Shown piece after piece: positions 37,619-48,008 of a stretch of 64,000 nt of DNA (positions are counted from its first letter, which is position 1; the number at the start of each line of letters is the position of its first letter). The notes beneath the pieces were generated by a model. The model was not told where the DNA came from. It did not search any database and saw only the letters and a program-made list of their open reading frames with translations. The position numbers and the translations under genes were made by a program. This DNA is from Candidatus Cloacimonadales bacterium (GTDB lineage Bacteria; Cloacimonadota; Cloacimonadia; Cloacimonadales; JAIOQZ01): positions 1,536,001-1,600,000 of the forward strand of contig OY771587.1 of the NCBI GenBank assembly GCA_963674825.1, read 5' to 3'.

Positions 37619-38188
37619 ATGCAAATGGACTACATCATCACCACCGAAAGATTACTGATACGGCTCGCACAACCGGACGACCGGGACATTGTTCTGCTGC
37701 ACCGGCTGTGGAACGACCCCGCCGTTATGCAATTCGTTGGATTTCCCCAGGGACTGTTCATCGCTCGTGATGAGCTAAGGAAACAGCTCACGATCGATCG
37801 CGATGATCCCTTCAATCGCGTGTTAATAGTTGAACGCAAAACCGACGGCATCGTCATTGGCCAATGCAAGCTGGGTGGCGTTAACGATGACAACATAGCC
37901 CATACGGATGTAAAGTTGCTGCCCGAATTCCAGGGAATGGGCTACGGCACAGAGATCAAGCAGGCGCTACTCGATTACCAGTTTACCCACACCGATTGCC
38001 GCGCCGTGGAAGGATCACCCAACAAGGACAATATCGCGTCGATCCGCATGCAGGAGAAGGTGGGTGGTGTCGTCGTGTACGAAGGAATCTTCAAGGCTCC
38101 TCCCCAAAGCGATATCCCTCGCTGTGATGTCCCATACCTGCTTTACCATGTTTCACGGGAAACCTGGCAGAAGAACCGGATCACTTGA
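37619..38188 (+). CDS. GNAT (RimJ/RimL-like) acetyltransferase
   Basis: TERLLIR, PEFQGMGYGTE and NIASIRMQEKVG motifs. Confidence 0.88.
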   Translation: MQMDYIITTERLLIRLAQPDDRDIVLLHRLWNDPAVMQFVGFPQGLFIARDELRKQLTIDRDDPFNRVLIVERKTDGIVIGQCKLGGVNDDNIAHTDVKLLPEFQGMGYGTEIKQALLDYQFTHTDCRAVEGSPNKDNIASIRMQEKVGGVVVYEGIFKAPPQSDIPRCDVPYLLYHVSRETWQKNRIT

Positions 38189-38355
38189 ATGCCAAACGAT
38201 TTCTTGATCTCCTAACTCATTCTGGTTCTTTCATTCAAATACACGAAGGTGAGGTATCCCTTAAATCCACTTCACGAAAATATTAATTGCCACAAAATGG
38301 ACTTTTCTGAAATTTTACCTGAAGATATGCGTTATATACTCGATAAGGAGGATTC

Positions 38356-41300
38356 ATGTCCCTAAAAACGTATTGGGCACTATTGATTTTGCTTGTCGCG
38401 ACAATATTGTCGAGCATGCCGCCACACCCGCTCAAGCAGGATAACTCCGCCTATCCGGGCTATTCATCCCTGCGCAATGGAGTTAACGCCGGCAGGTCGC
38501 GCGTTGATGCGATTCCGCAGACGGTTCTGGCGATTATGGTTGAATTCGACGACGTGAAGTTCGACGACGAGGCCGATTACCCGGATTATCTCGTCCATGA
38601 TTCAACCTATGTCGATGCGGCGATCCGGCACCTCCAGGAGTATTGGCAAGACGCCTCCCATGGAGCGTATATCTTCAATTACGACGTATATGACCGCATT
38701 ACACTTTCAAAAAACATGAGTTACTATGGTGATGACGATCACTCCGAACGCACCGTCGAGATGGTCGAGGAAATGATTGACGCACTCGATCCAAATGTCG
38801 ATTTCAATTCTTACGACGCTTACATCATTTTTCACGCCGGAGCCGGGCAGGAATCGGATATCTATGACGCTAACGCCGGCACCATCTGGAGTACTTTCGT
38901 AAACTACTGGGATTTGAAAGAATATTATGATCCCGACGATGAGAATCCCGATTTTCAGGGTAACCCTACCGACGACGGGTGCTATATGGTTGAATTCTCG
39001 ATAGTGCCGGAAAGCCAGTGGCAAGTTGGTTTCGATGAAGACGATCCTATTCTGGGAATCCTTGGTGTGTTGGCACATGAATTCGGTCATCAACTCGGCC
39101 TCCCGACTCTTTACGACAATTACTCGGGAAACGGCAGATCTTCCGGTATTGGTAACTTCGGCGTAATGGGAACCGGTGCCTGGAACGCGCTTGGTTACGT
39201 TCCCCCCATGCCCTGCGCATGGAGTCGTTGCTATCTCGGTTGGGAAACGCCGATCGAGATCACCGAAAATTTCGCTGACGCACAGGTCGATTATATTCTG
39301 TCACAAGAGACCGGCACAACCCGCGTTTATAAGATTCCAATCACCGACAAAGAATACTTCCTGATCGAGAATCGGCAGCAAAACCCAGACAACAGCGTAT
39401 CGCAGGCGACCGGCGAACCGAGCTTCACCTTCCCGTTGCTCGCAGAAGGGCAGGATTATTACCCCGAAGGTCACCCAAACGCCGGCGACCCGAAATTCAA
39501 TATGATCAAGAATTCCTACCTCGGTTGCGAATGGGACTTCTATCTTCCCGGATATGGCGGACCCGAAGTTCCGGTAACCGATCCCAATTCCGGACAGACC
39601 TCGAACGAGATTATCGACGGCTCGGGAATTCTTATCTGGCACATCGACGAATATGTGATCGAAGCCAACTTCACGCCCGATTTCGAATACAACACCGTCA
39701 ACGCCACCGCGAAGCACAAGGGCGTCGATCTCGAAGAGGCCGACGGTGTTCAGCACATGGACTCCTACTATCCCGACCCGTGCCGTACCGGCTCACCCCG
39801 TGACGCCTTTCGCGAAGATAACAACACCTATTTCGGCCTGTCCGTTAATCCCGAGACCGGCCTTAACTCGCTTCCAACAGCTGAAAGCTACTACGGTGGC
39901 TCATCAGTGGAAGTGCTCGATATCGGCCCATCCGATCTGGTCATGCAGTTCTCGGTGCGATTCGAATGGAATCTCGATACCGGTTACGCCGGTGGCAATC
40001 CATTTGGAGCGCAGGTTGGCGACTTCGATGAAGACGGCAATCTCGAGATTTTCTATCCCATGCCGGACGGTGAGCTCTATTTCTGGCGTAACGACGAACG
40101 CCTTGTTGGTGGCGGATTCCCGGACGACGCGGAATTCCAGGGATCAATAGACCAGATTTACGCCTACGACGAACTGACCGATACTTTTATCATTCCGGGG
40201 ACAATCAACAACGGTCCCGCTTACACATACATCTTCACCCCGCGCGATTCGACGGATATCAACATCGAGGTATTCAGTGGGAAGAGCTGGGCAAGCCATC
40301 CGGTAGTCCTTCCCGAAGCGATAAACGGCTGCAAAGCGCTTCTGCCATTACACAGTGCGGACGGGCTGGAAATCCAGATCATGAATAACAGCTGGAACAT
40401 CGTGGATACGTGGAATGAAGCTGACTCGCTGAAATCAAACCTGATCTACGACGATGATGTGCAGAAGATCGTCAGCTTCCATCACCCGGTAGATGGCAAC
40501 TGGTTCATGCGTACCCGCATGCTTGCCGATCCATTTAATCCCAGTGATATAGCAATCGATGAACTGTCCGACGTGGAAACACTGCTCTACGCCCTCAGCG
40601 CTGACATCGATCCATCGGTCAACGGAAACGAAATCATACTGCTCAGTTCGGATTACCGTCTCTTTCTTCTTGACGAAAACGGAAACGTGTTGCCAAATTT
40701 CCCATTGATGCTTCCGGAATCCGCATATGGCTGTCCGACCATGGCAGACGTTGATATCAACGGCACGCTGGACATGGTTCTCGGCGCGGAAAACTTCATT
40801 CTGGTCGCAGGATATAACGGCGAGATACTCAATGCTCCCATTCAGGAGATCGAGCTGGCCGATACCCTCGGTATCGCAGGTCAGGTAATTGCTGTGAATC
40901 TCGACAACGACGACGAGCTCGAGATTCTGGGCAATCTTTCGCTGAACAGATTCTGCGTGTTCGGCGAATATTACGCGATTGAGGAATCGAAGTCATATAG
41001 CAGCCGTAGCCGTAATTGCCCGGTTCTCGCACCTGACGGAGCAGGAGGAATCACGGCGTATATTCCGTCCGATTACGGCAGAATATTCCGCTATGACTTC
41101 CCGAACGCGGATGCAGACATACTGGAAGATGTGGTTTGGAACAGCGAATACGGTAATACCTACCGAACCGGAAGCTGGATCGGTGATCCTGTCGAAGCTC
41201 CACCTGCGTCCAGCAAGTTGTTCGGAGACGTCTACATTTTCCCGAATCCGGTGAACGATGTCTATCCGAACGATCCGACACTGAACATCGGTGTAACACG

Positions 41301-41496
41301 TGATGTGGAAGTGAAAGTCCGCATGTACGACATCGCTGGCAACCTGGTCTATAACCATTCGGCGCTTTGCAATGCGAATATGCCGAATCGTGATAAATTC
41401 TTCATCAAGGCGTCGAAGCTCTCTTCAGGGCTCTATTTCATTATTGTTGAAGCGGATGGAGACATCAAGAAACTGAAATTCGGAGTTGAGAAATAG
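38356..41496 (+). CDS. M6 (immune inhibitor A-like) metalloprotease with FG-GAP repeats and T9SS type A-like CTD
   Basis: HAGAGQE, HEFGHQLGLPTLYD, EYFLIENR; CTD VYIFPNPV...LSSGLYF...KKLKFGVEK. Confidence 0.9.
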   Translation: MSLKTYWALLILLVATILSSMPPHPLKQDNSAYPGYSSLRNGVNAGRSRVDAIPQTVLAIMVEFDDVKFDDEADYPDYLVHDSTYVDAAIRHLQEYWQDASHGAYIFNYDVYDRITLSKNMSYYGDDDHSERTVEMVEEMIDALDPNVDFNSYDAYIIFHAGAGQESDIYDANAGTIWSTFVNYWDLKEYYDPDDENPDFQGNPTDDGCYMVEFSIVPESQWQVGFDEDDPILGILGVLAHEFGHQLGLPTLYDNYSGNGRSSGIGNFGVMGTGAWNALGYVPPMPCAWSRCYLGWETPIEITENFADAQVDYILSQETGTTRVYKIPITDKEYFLIENRQQNPDNSVSQATGEPSFTFPLLAEGQDYYPEGHPNAGDPKFNMIKNSYLGCEWDFYLPGYGGPEVPVTDPNSGQTSNEIIDGSGILIWHIDEYVIEANFTPDFEYNTVNATAKHKGVDLEEADGVQHMDSYYPDPCRTGSPRDAFREDNNTYFGLSVNPETGLNSLPTAESYYGGSSVEVLDIGPSDLVMQFSVRFEWNLDTGYAGGNPFGAQVGDFDEDGNLEIFYPMPDGELYFWRNDERLVGGGFPDDAEFQGSIDQIYAYDELTDTFIIPGTINNGPAYTYIFTPRDSTDINIEVFSGKSWASHPVVLPEAINGCKALLPLHSADGLEIQIMNNSWNIVDTWNEADSLKSNLIYDDDVQKIVSFHHPVDGNWFMRTRMLADPFNPSDIAIDELSDVETLLYALSADIDPSVNGNEIILLSSDYRLFLLDENGNVLPNFPLMLPESAYGCPTMADVDINGTLDMVLGAENFILVAGYNGEILNAPIQEIELADTLGIAGQVIAVNLDNDDELEILGNLSLNRFCVFGEYYAIEESKSYSSRSRNCPVLAPDGAGGITAYIPSDYGRIFRYDFPNADADILEDVVWNSEYGNTYRTGSWIGDPVEAPPASSKLFGDVYIFPNPVNDVYPNDPTLNIGVTRDVEVKVRMYDIAGNLVYNHSALCNANMPNRDKFFIKASKLSSGLYFIIVEADGDIKKLKFGVEK

Positions 41497-41555
41497 TGAC
41501 TTACATACAGAAATACAACGATAGCGATAAAAGGATGAAAACCATGGGAGGTTCC

Positions 41556-42473
41556 ATGAGGAAATATATTGTGTTGGGAATCGCGCTGCTTGCGTTGATC
41601 CCTCTGTTCGCGGACAGCAATGGCAAAGTGGATGGAAAAGCCGGCGAATACGGCTTCCAGATGCTCAAGATACCCACGAGCGTCTCGGTTGCGGGTATGG
41701 GCGGAACCGGCGCGTTTTACGCTGAAGACGCTTTCGCCACCAAAGCACACCCCACTGCCGGCGTAATCAATCGCGCACAGAACATTTCACTGGCATCCAA
41801 CCAGTGGATCTTCGACACTCAGATGACAAACCTGGGCGTTAATAATTCTGACGGCAAGACTTCAATCGGACTGACCCTGCGCTACCTTGATTACGGTGAA
41901 TTCGAAAACCGCGACGACCAGGCCGTTCTTACAGGCAACTACCACCCGATGGACATGGATATCATGGTAAACTACGGCTTTCGCATCCATCCGAATCACT
42001 ACGCCGGCGTTAATGTCAGCCTGCTCTACGAAAAGATTAATACCGCCTCAAGTTATGGCTTTTCGACAGACGTTGGATACACCTGGCTCACCCCTCTGAA
42101 GGGAATGAAGCTCTATACGACAGTAAAAAACCTCGGTATGACCTCCGAAATGGAAAACGAAGACATCAACCTTCCGGTCGGCTACGAACTCGGTGCAGCC
42201 AAGGAATTCGACCTCAATACATTCACGCTTCAGAGCGATGTACGTTTTATTAAATATGAGGATGACGATAACATCAAGGCCAACGTCGGTGTGGCAGCAA
42301 TCCTGATGGATATCCTGCGCCTGCGTGCCGGTTACAAGATCAACTACGACATCGAAGACGTAAGCGCCGGCATCGGTATCCACTGGAAAGGCTTCGGCGT
42401 CGATTACACCTGGATTCCGATCAAGGAAGAGATCGGCGATGTCCATATGATCGGCCTCAGCTACGACTTTTAA
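41556..42473 (+). CDS. PorV/PorQ-family outer-membrane beta-barrel
   Basis: Signal peptide; FQMLKIPTS...GMGG; LRYLDYGEF; LRAGY; terminal aromatic residue (SYDF). Confidence 0.8.
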   Translation: MRKYIVLGIALLALIPLFADSNGKVDGKAGEYGFQMLKIPTSVSVAGMGGTGAFYAEDAFATKAHPTAGVINRAQNISLASNQWIFDTQMTNLGVNNSDGKTSIGLTLRYLDYGEFENRDDQAVLTGNYHPMDMDIMVNYGFRIHPNHYAGVNVSLLYEKINTASSYGFSTDVGYTWLTPLKGMKLYTTVKNLGMTSEMENEDINLPVGYELGAAKEFDLNTFTLQSDVRFIKYEDDDNIKANVGVAAILMDILRLRAGYKINYDIEDVSAGIGIHWKGFGVDYTWIPIKEEIGDVHMIGLSYDF

Positions 42474-42512
42474 CACCAACGCACCCCGAATCACTCAATA
42501 AAAGGAGATTTC

Positions 42513-45500
42513 GTGATAAAGCGAATTGTAATTGCCCTGATGCTGCTTCAGGCGGTTTTTGCATTTACACTGGATTACACACCCCGACAGATGATCATCC
42601 GAACAACCGAGCCCGTTTCTGCCCGTGCAGAAGGGTTTGGACTCCAGAGCTTCGACGCGTTTCTGCAATCAAAGAACGTGAACGAAGTCAAGCCTGTCCT
42701 GAAGAAATCGGACAACCGGTATTTCGTTGCAACATTCGACGAGGAACTCGACTGGGATGAGATTCGCAACGCGAACCGGCGTTTCGAGGGAATCGACTAC
42801 ATCCAGCCCAACTATATCAATAAGCTTTACGTAACGCCAAACGACCCCTACTTTGTTAATCAGCAGCTGGATCTGGTCTATGTCCCGGAAGCTTGGGAAA
42901 CCGTCACGGGTAATGATCAGATCATCGTCGGCGTAATCGACTCGGGTATGTTTTTCACGCACCCGGATCTCCAGAACAATGTATTCTACAATTCCGGCGA
43001 AATCCCCGATAACGGCATCGACGACGACAATAACGGTTATATCGACGACTGGCGCGGTTGGGACTTTGTGGATGCGCCGGAGCTGGAAAGCATCGCGCTT
43101 GGCGATTACACGGATCAAGACAACGACGCCACCGACGAGAACAAGCACGGCACCCACGTCAGCGGTATTATTTGCGCTGATACCAACAACAACCTCGGCG
43201 TCGCGGGAATCATGAACAGTTGCCGACTCCTGGTTATCCGGGCCGGTTTCCGTACGACAGAAGGCTATGGCTACCTCCAGGACGATGACAGCGCCGCAGC
43301 GATCGTTTACGCTGCCGATATGGGCGCGGATGTCATCAACCTAAGCTGGGGCGATACCAATTATTCCAACATTATCGCGGACGCATGCCAGTATGCCTAC
43401 GACCACGGTACCATCATCGTCGCATCTGCCGGTAACGATCCCACCGCGGGACTCAGCTATCCGGCAAAGCTATCGACAACAATTGGCGTTGGAGCGGTTG
43501 ATAGTTATTACAATATGGCCGGCTTCAGCAGTTACGGCCCAAGTCTCGACCTCATGGCTCCCGGCCAGCAAATCCTCAGCACCTACGATGTGCTTGAAGA
43601 CGGAACTGGAACCTACTACGAGCAGTCTGGAACCTCGATGGCAGCACCCTTTGTAACCGGAGCTGTCGGCCTGCTACTTTCGATCAATCCTGACCTCGAT
43701 TTTCACGCAGTACGTGCCAAGCTGGCTCAGTCTGCCGACGATCTCGGCGACGAGGGATTCGATAACTACTACGGTAATGGTGTGCTCAATGTGGACCGTC
43801 TGGTTGAAAACGAAGAGCTGCCGTTTATCGAAATCACGTATCCCGAAGAAAGCATGGGACTCAATGAAAGCTTCGATATCATCGGAACCGTTACAGCACC
43901 CAATTTCTTCCGCTATTCGGTAATGTACACGGATGCAATACTTCCCGGTGATATGGATTGGATGGATGTCGAGAATCACACAAACACCCCCACGTTCCAT
44001 TATGATCAGGTGGAAGACGATGTTATCGCCACATTCAACGTTCAGGACCTCTTCCCGGACGGAACGTATATGATCAAAGTCGATATCCTGACCACGGATG
44101 GTAAGCGATATAACTACCGCCGCTCGGTACGTATCGATCAATCGGCACCGGTTCTGAACACCGATTACTTCGGCATCTTCCAGCGCTACGAAGATGAAAT
44201 TCCAATCTATTACATCCAGGCTATTTACGACGAGCCTGTGATCATGCAGGCAGACTGCATAACCCAGAGCGGCCAGACTTATACCATTTTCAGCGACTAC
44301 AGCGATTCGCTTCAGATCGTTCCCATTACAGGCAACATCCCCGAGGGCGTGATCGATATACAGCTTTCCGCGACCAACGAAACTGGCCTCACAAGCGTCT
44401 CGGAAATCTTCCAGAACGTGGTGGATATTCGCTTCGACTCGGTCAACATCCACGACTACGAGCAGAACATCTCCGGCGTCGGGCTTGTTCCGATCCCCGT
44501 GAGAGGCTCGGACGACCGCAGGTTCATTGGTATGACCATGTCCTCCAGCTATGGACCGGTTCAATTCTACCAGATCGTGAACAACCAGGTAGTCAGCATA
44601 CCTGGATCGACTTTCAGCGACCAATTCTGGCCACTTTCATGTGGTGATACTGACGGTGAGCGATTGGAAGTACTCGGGCTGAACTTGGACACAGCGACGC
44701 TCTACGAAGTAGCTCCTGCTGCCGATCCGGACAGTTACGCTTTTATCCCGATGTGGAACCAGGCAAATATCTCCGGTGGTAAATTTACCGATTATACTGG
44801 CGACGGTGTGGACGACGTGATTCTGGTAACCAACATCACTTCCGGTAGGGTTCTCAAGCTCTATCGTCGCTCTGGAGCAAACTACGTCGAGCAGTACACG
44901 ATCTACAATGGCACGACGACCCTTTCCAGGAACCTCTTCGTACCAACCGTTTTCTGCGATGACTTCGATGGAGACGGCTACAAGGATATCCTCACCGCTG
45001 ATATCGACGGTGATGTGATCGTATATGAATTCAATGGATCGGAATTCGAACCCGTATGGAACACTCGACTTCCCGTCACCGATACCTACTATCTCACGAT
45101 CGGTGATTTCACCGGAAATCGCCACACCGATTTCTGCGTCGGCGGCTATCAGTCCGACACCTCGGATCCCAACAAGACTTTCTGGTACTTCGGATTCTTC
45201 CAGGCATCGGCAAACAACCAGTACGAGCAAATCGACGAGCTGATGTTCAGTAAGGTCGAATCGCAGAACTCCATTACATCGGTCGATATCGACAACGACG
45301 AAAACGATGAACTGATCTTCTCCCTCTCACCGAACATCTATGTTATCGATTACGTCGATGGGAAGTTCGTACCTGTTTGGCGTGGATCATCGGATAAATC
45401 CTATAACACGGTTGCATTCCCGCCTACCGACACAGAATCGGCTGCATTCCTCTTTAACGATGTCCAGAACGGGATAAATTTTGCATCCGTCGGATATTCT

Positions 45501-46685
45501 TCTGATGAATTCACCGGTCCGCCCACCCCACAGGGATTCCGCGTCGCACCGGTTGACCAGAACACCGTGCAGCTGGATTGGTCGGACGTCGAAGCAGAAG
45601 GTTACCGCGTTTATCGCCGCGAAAACAGCACCATCACCATTATCGGTGAGACAGCCGCAACAACCTACCGTGACACGGGGCTTACACCTGGCTCGACCTA
45701 CGAATATGCCATTACGACTCTCGACGAGCACTACGATCCGAACGAATCGCGCATGACGCTCTGGAAAGAAGCAACCGTAGATATTCCACCACAGCTCGAA
45801 TGGGTCCGCATGGTTTCGCCTACCAGCCTCCGGCTTAAGTTTGACCGCAAACTGAATCTGGATGCGATCAACGTAGGCCACTACTCGGTGAATCATGGCA
45901 TCGGAAATCCTGAATCGGCGATTATGACCGATACGCAGGAAGGCGTGCTGCTGCGCTTCAACTCGATCCTTACCTATTATCCCGATTACCTGCTGACGAT
46001 CGACAATCTTACCGGTGAATCCGGTGTACCGATCGAAAATGACGAGATTTCGTTCCAATTCGTGAACGACGTCGATCCTCCCAACGTTCAGGAGATACGC
46101 ATTGTAGAAAAGAACAGGATTCAGGTGGTGTTTACCGAAACCGTAGCCTCGAGCGCTGGCAATATCGGAAATTACACACTGAACCTTCCGTCGGTGGATC
46201 AGCAGAACAGTATTGTGTCTGTCAGCCATGCCGACAGCATCGTAACAATCGTTTTCAGCAAGAATCTCGTTTATTCGTCGCAGCCGTATCAGTTGGTCAT
46301 GCGTAACATCGAAGATCTCTACGGCAACGACCTTCCGAACGACAGCGATATTCAGGCTTTCAGCTTGACAGACCTGGAACCTCTACGAAATCTTGATCAC
46401 ATGGTCGTCTATCCTAATCCTTTCTACGCAAAGGATTTTCACGAGGTACGGTTTATCAATCTGCCTTCGAACCAAAGCGGCAAGATCTGGATTTACAACC
46501 TGAATGGCGACCTTGTTTACCGGAAAGCCCTGAATTCATCAACCTTGACCATCGTGAACAACGATGTCTATTTTGGATGGCCTGCCACGAATAACCTTGG
46601 CAAAGATGTAGCATCAGGTGTTTATTTTTATGTTATCAAGATGGGTGGCGAACGCCAGAAAGGAACCCTTTCGGTGATTCGGTAG
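42513..46685 (+). CDS. Secreted S8 protease with FG-GAP, FN3 and Ig-like domains and T9SS type A-like CTD
   Basis: VIDSG, HGTHVSG, GTSMAAP; CTD VVYPNPF...VASGVYFYVIK...GTLSVIR. Confidence 0.92.
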   Translation: MIKRIVIALMLLQAVFAFTLDYTPRQMIIRTTEPVSARAEGFGLQSFDAFLQSKNVNEVKPVLKKSDNRYFVATFDEELDWDEIRNANRRFEGIDYIQPNYINKLYVTPNDPYFVNQQLDLVYVPEAWETVTGNDQIIVGVIDSGMFFTHPDLQNNVFYNSGEIPDNGIDDDNNGYIDDWRGWDFVDAPELESIALGDYTDQDNDATDENKHGTHVSGIICADTNNNLGVAGIMNSCRLLVIRAGFRTTEGYGYLQDDDSAAAIVYAADMGADVINLSWGDTNYSNIIADACQYAYDHGTIIVASAGNDPTAGLSYPAKLSTTIGVGAVDSYYNMAGFSSYGPSLDLMAPGQQILSTYDVLEDGTGTYYEQSGTSMAAPFVTGAVGLLLSINPDLDFHAVRAKLAQSADDLGDEGFDNYYGNGVLNVDRLVENEELPFIEITYPEESMGLNESFDIIGTVTAPNFFRYSVMYTDAILPGDMDWMDVENHTNTPTFHYDQVEDDVIATFNVQDLFPDGTYMIKVDILTTDGKRYNYRRSVRIDQSAPVLNTDYFGIFQRYEDEIPIYYIQAIYDEPVIMQADCITQSGQTYTIFSDYSDSLQIVPITGNIPEGVIDIQLSATNETGLTSVSEIFQNVVDIRFDSVNIHDYEQNISGVGLVPIPVRGSDDRRFIGMTMSSSYGPVQFYQIVNNQVVSIPGSTFSDQFWPLSCGDTDGERLEVLGLNLDTATLYEVAPAADPDSYAFIPMWNQANISGGKFTDYTGDGVDDVILVTNITSGRVLKLYRRSGANYVEQYTIYNGTTTLSRNLFVPTVFCDDFDGDGYKDILTADIDGDVIVYEFNGSEFEPVWNTRLPVTDTYYLTIGDFTGNRHTDFCVGGYQSDTSDPNKTFWYFGFFQASANNQYEQIDELMFSKVESQNSITSVDIDNDENDELIFSLSPNIYVIDYVDGKFVPVWRGSSDKSYNTVAFPPTDTESAAFLFNDVQNGINFASVGYSSDEFTGPPTPQGFRVAPVDQNTVQLDWSDVEAEGYRVYRRENSTITIIGETAATTYRDTGLTPGSTYEYAITTLDEHYDPNESRMTLWKEATVDIPPQLEWVRMVSPTSLRLKFDRKLNLDAINVGHYSVNHGIGNPESAIMTDTQEGVLLRFNSILTYYPDYLLTIDNLTGESGVPIENDEISFQFVNDVDPPNVQEIRIVEKNRIQVVFTETVASSAGNIGNYTLNLPSVDQQNSIVSVSHADSIVTIVFSKNLVYSSQPYQLVMRNIEDLYGNDLPNDSDIQAFSLTDLEPLRNLDHMVVYPNPFYAKDFHEVRFINLPSNQSGKIWIYNLNGDLVYRKALNSSTLTIVNNDVYFGWPATNNLGKDVASGVYFYVIKMGGERQKGTLSVIR

Positions 46686-46707
46686 TCCGCCCCGGAAAGG
46701 AGCTCGA

Positions 46708-47517
46708 ATGATCTCACTCGACTGGAAATACAGATTGAAAGAAGACACGGAGGATTTCTTCAAACGGAAATTGTCGAACGGCGATTTCGATATTGAAATT
46801 ATATATAACGCCTACCCGGAACGTATCGACGGGAAGATCCCAAAAGAGGTGATCACATTCGTCGCGAAAACACTTGCGGGTAAGATTGCCAGAAAACCAG
46901 AGCAGTATATCGATTTCTTCAACTACCTCTGGAAAGACAAGGGCGAATCTGGCCGTATCGCGCTGTGCTATATTTTGGCACGCGCCGTGAAGAAACAACC
47001 GGACACTTTCCTCGAATTCACCGGCAAGCTTGTGGAAAAGACCCGCAACGAACAGGACGTTAACCTGCTACTGGACAAGACACTCTTTCCGTTGCTGAAA
47101 GAACAGCCGGAGAAGTTTCTGGATCGCGCCATCCGCTGGCTTAAATTCGATAACCCAGTAACACACAAGGCCGTTGTAAAGCTTCTCATCAAGCTTTGCA
47201 AGCAGGATGAAGAGCTGATATCGCTGATTTTCAAGCGCTTGGAAAGCCTTTGGCTGTACGCTGACGCGGAGATGGTCAAGGCAAACAGCCAGTTCCTCAA
47301 AGCGATTTATAAGCTCAATCCCGATTTTTATATCGACGTGTACCGGCATTATACCCATACTCGTAACCCTGTTTTCGTGGAGATACTCTCTGGTGCGATC
47401 GTGGAATACGATCCGGTTATCGAAGAGGCTGTCTCGCTATGGGTCAAGAGCGGAAACGCCCGTCTGAAGAAAGCTGCCGTTGCAGCAGAGAGAATAATCA
47501 AAAGAAAGAAGAACTAA
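46708..47517 (+). CDS. HEAT/ARM-repeat protein (possibly AlkD-like DNA alkylation repair family)
   Basis: All-helical basic 269-aa protein; AGGAG RBS; family assignment weak. Confidence 0.5.
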   Translation: MISLDWKYRLKEDTEDFFKRKLSNGDFDIEIIYNAYPERIDGKIPKEVITFVAKTLAGKIARKPEQYIDFFNYLWKDKGESGRIALCYILARAVKKQPDTFLEFTGKLVEKTRNEQDVNLLLDKTLFPLLKEQPEKFLDRAIRWLKFDNPVTHKAVVKLLIKLCKQDEELISLIFKRLESLWLYADAEMVKANSQFLKAIYKLNPDFYIDVYRHYTHTRNPVFVEILSGAIVEYDPVIEEAVSLWVKSGNARLKKAAVAAERIIKRKKN

Positions 47518-47523
47518 GGTACT

Positions 47524-47997
47524 ATGGCAGAGTATATTACAGAAGAAGGAATGAAGAAACTGCGCAGGCGCATGAGCAACCTCATGGAAAACGAGCGCCC
47601 CGAAGTTATCAAACAGGTGCAGACAGCCCGTGAGATGGGCGATCTGAGTGAAAATGCCGAATATCACGCCGCTCGCGAACGGCAGCGTCATATAGACAAC
47701 GAACTGGAACACCTCCGCAGACGTATGTCTGTCTTGCAGGCGATCAACCCTGATAATATTCCCAAAGACGCAGTCCGCTTCGGCGCGTATATCGACGTGG
47801 AAGATAAGGATAGCGGTGACAAGATTCATTACCGCCTGGTGGGCGTAGATGAAGTGGAAGATACCGGCACAGAACTTGTGCTCGTGTCGGTCGCATCCCC
47901 TATCGGTAAGGCGATGATCGGGAAAAAGAAGGGTGAATCATTCGTCGTGAAAGCGCCGGTTGGCGATCGTAAAATGAAGATACTGAATATCAGCTAA
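47524..47997 (+). CDS. greA: Transcription elongation factor GreA
   Basis: AREMGDLSENAEYHAARE and SPIGKAMIGK motifs. Confidence 0.96.
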   Translation: MAEYITEEGMKKLRRRMSNLMENERPEVIKQVQTAREMGDLSENAEYHAARERQRHIDNELEHLRRRMSVLQAINPDNIPKDAVRFGAYIDVEDKDSGDKIHYRLVGVDEVEDTGTELVLVSVASPIGKAMIGKKKGESFVVKAPVGDRKMKILNIS

Positions 47998-48008
47998 AGG
48001 ATAAAACC

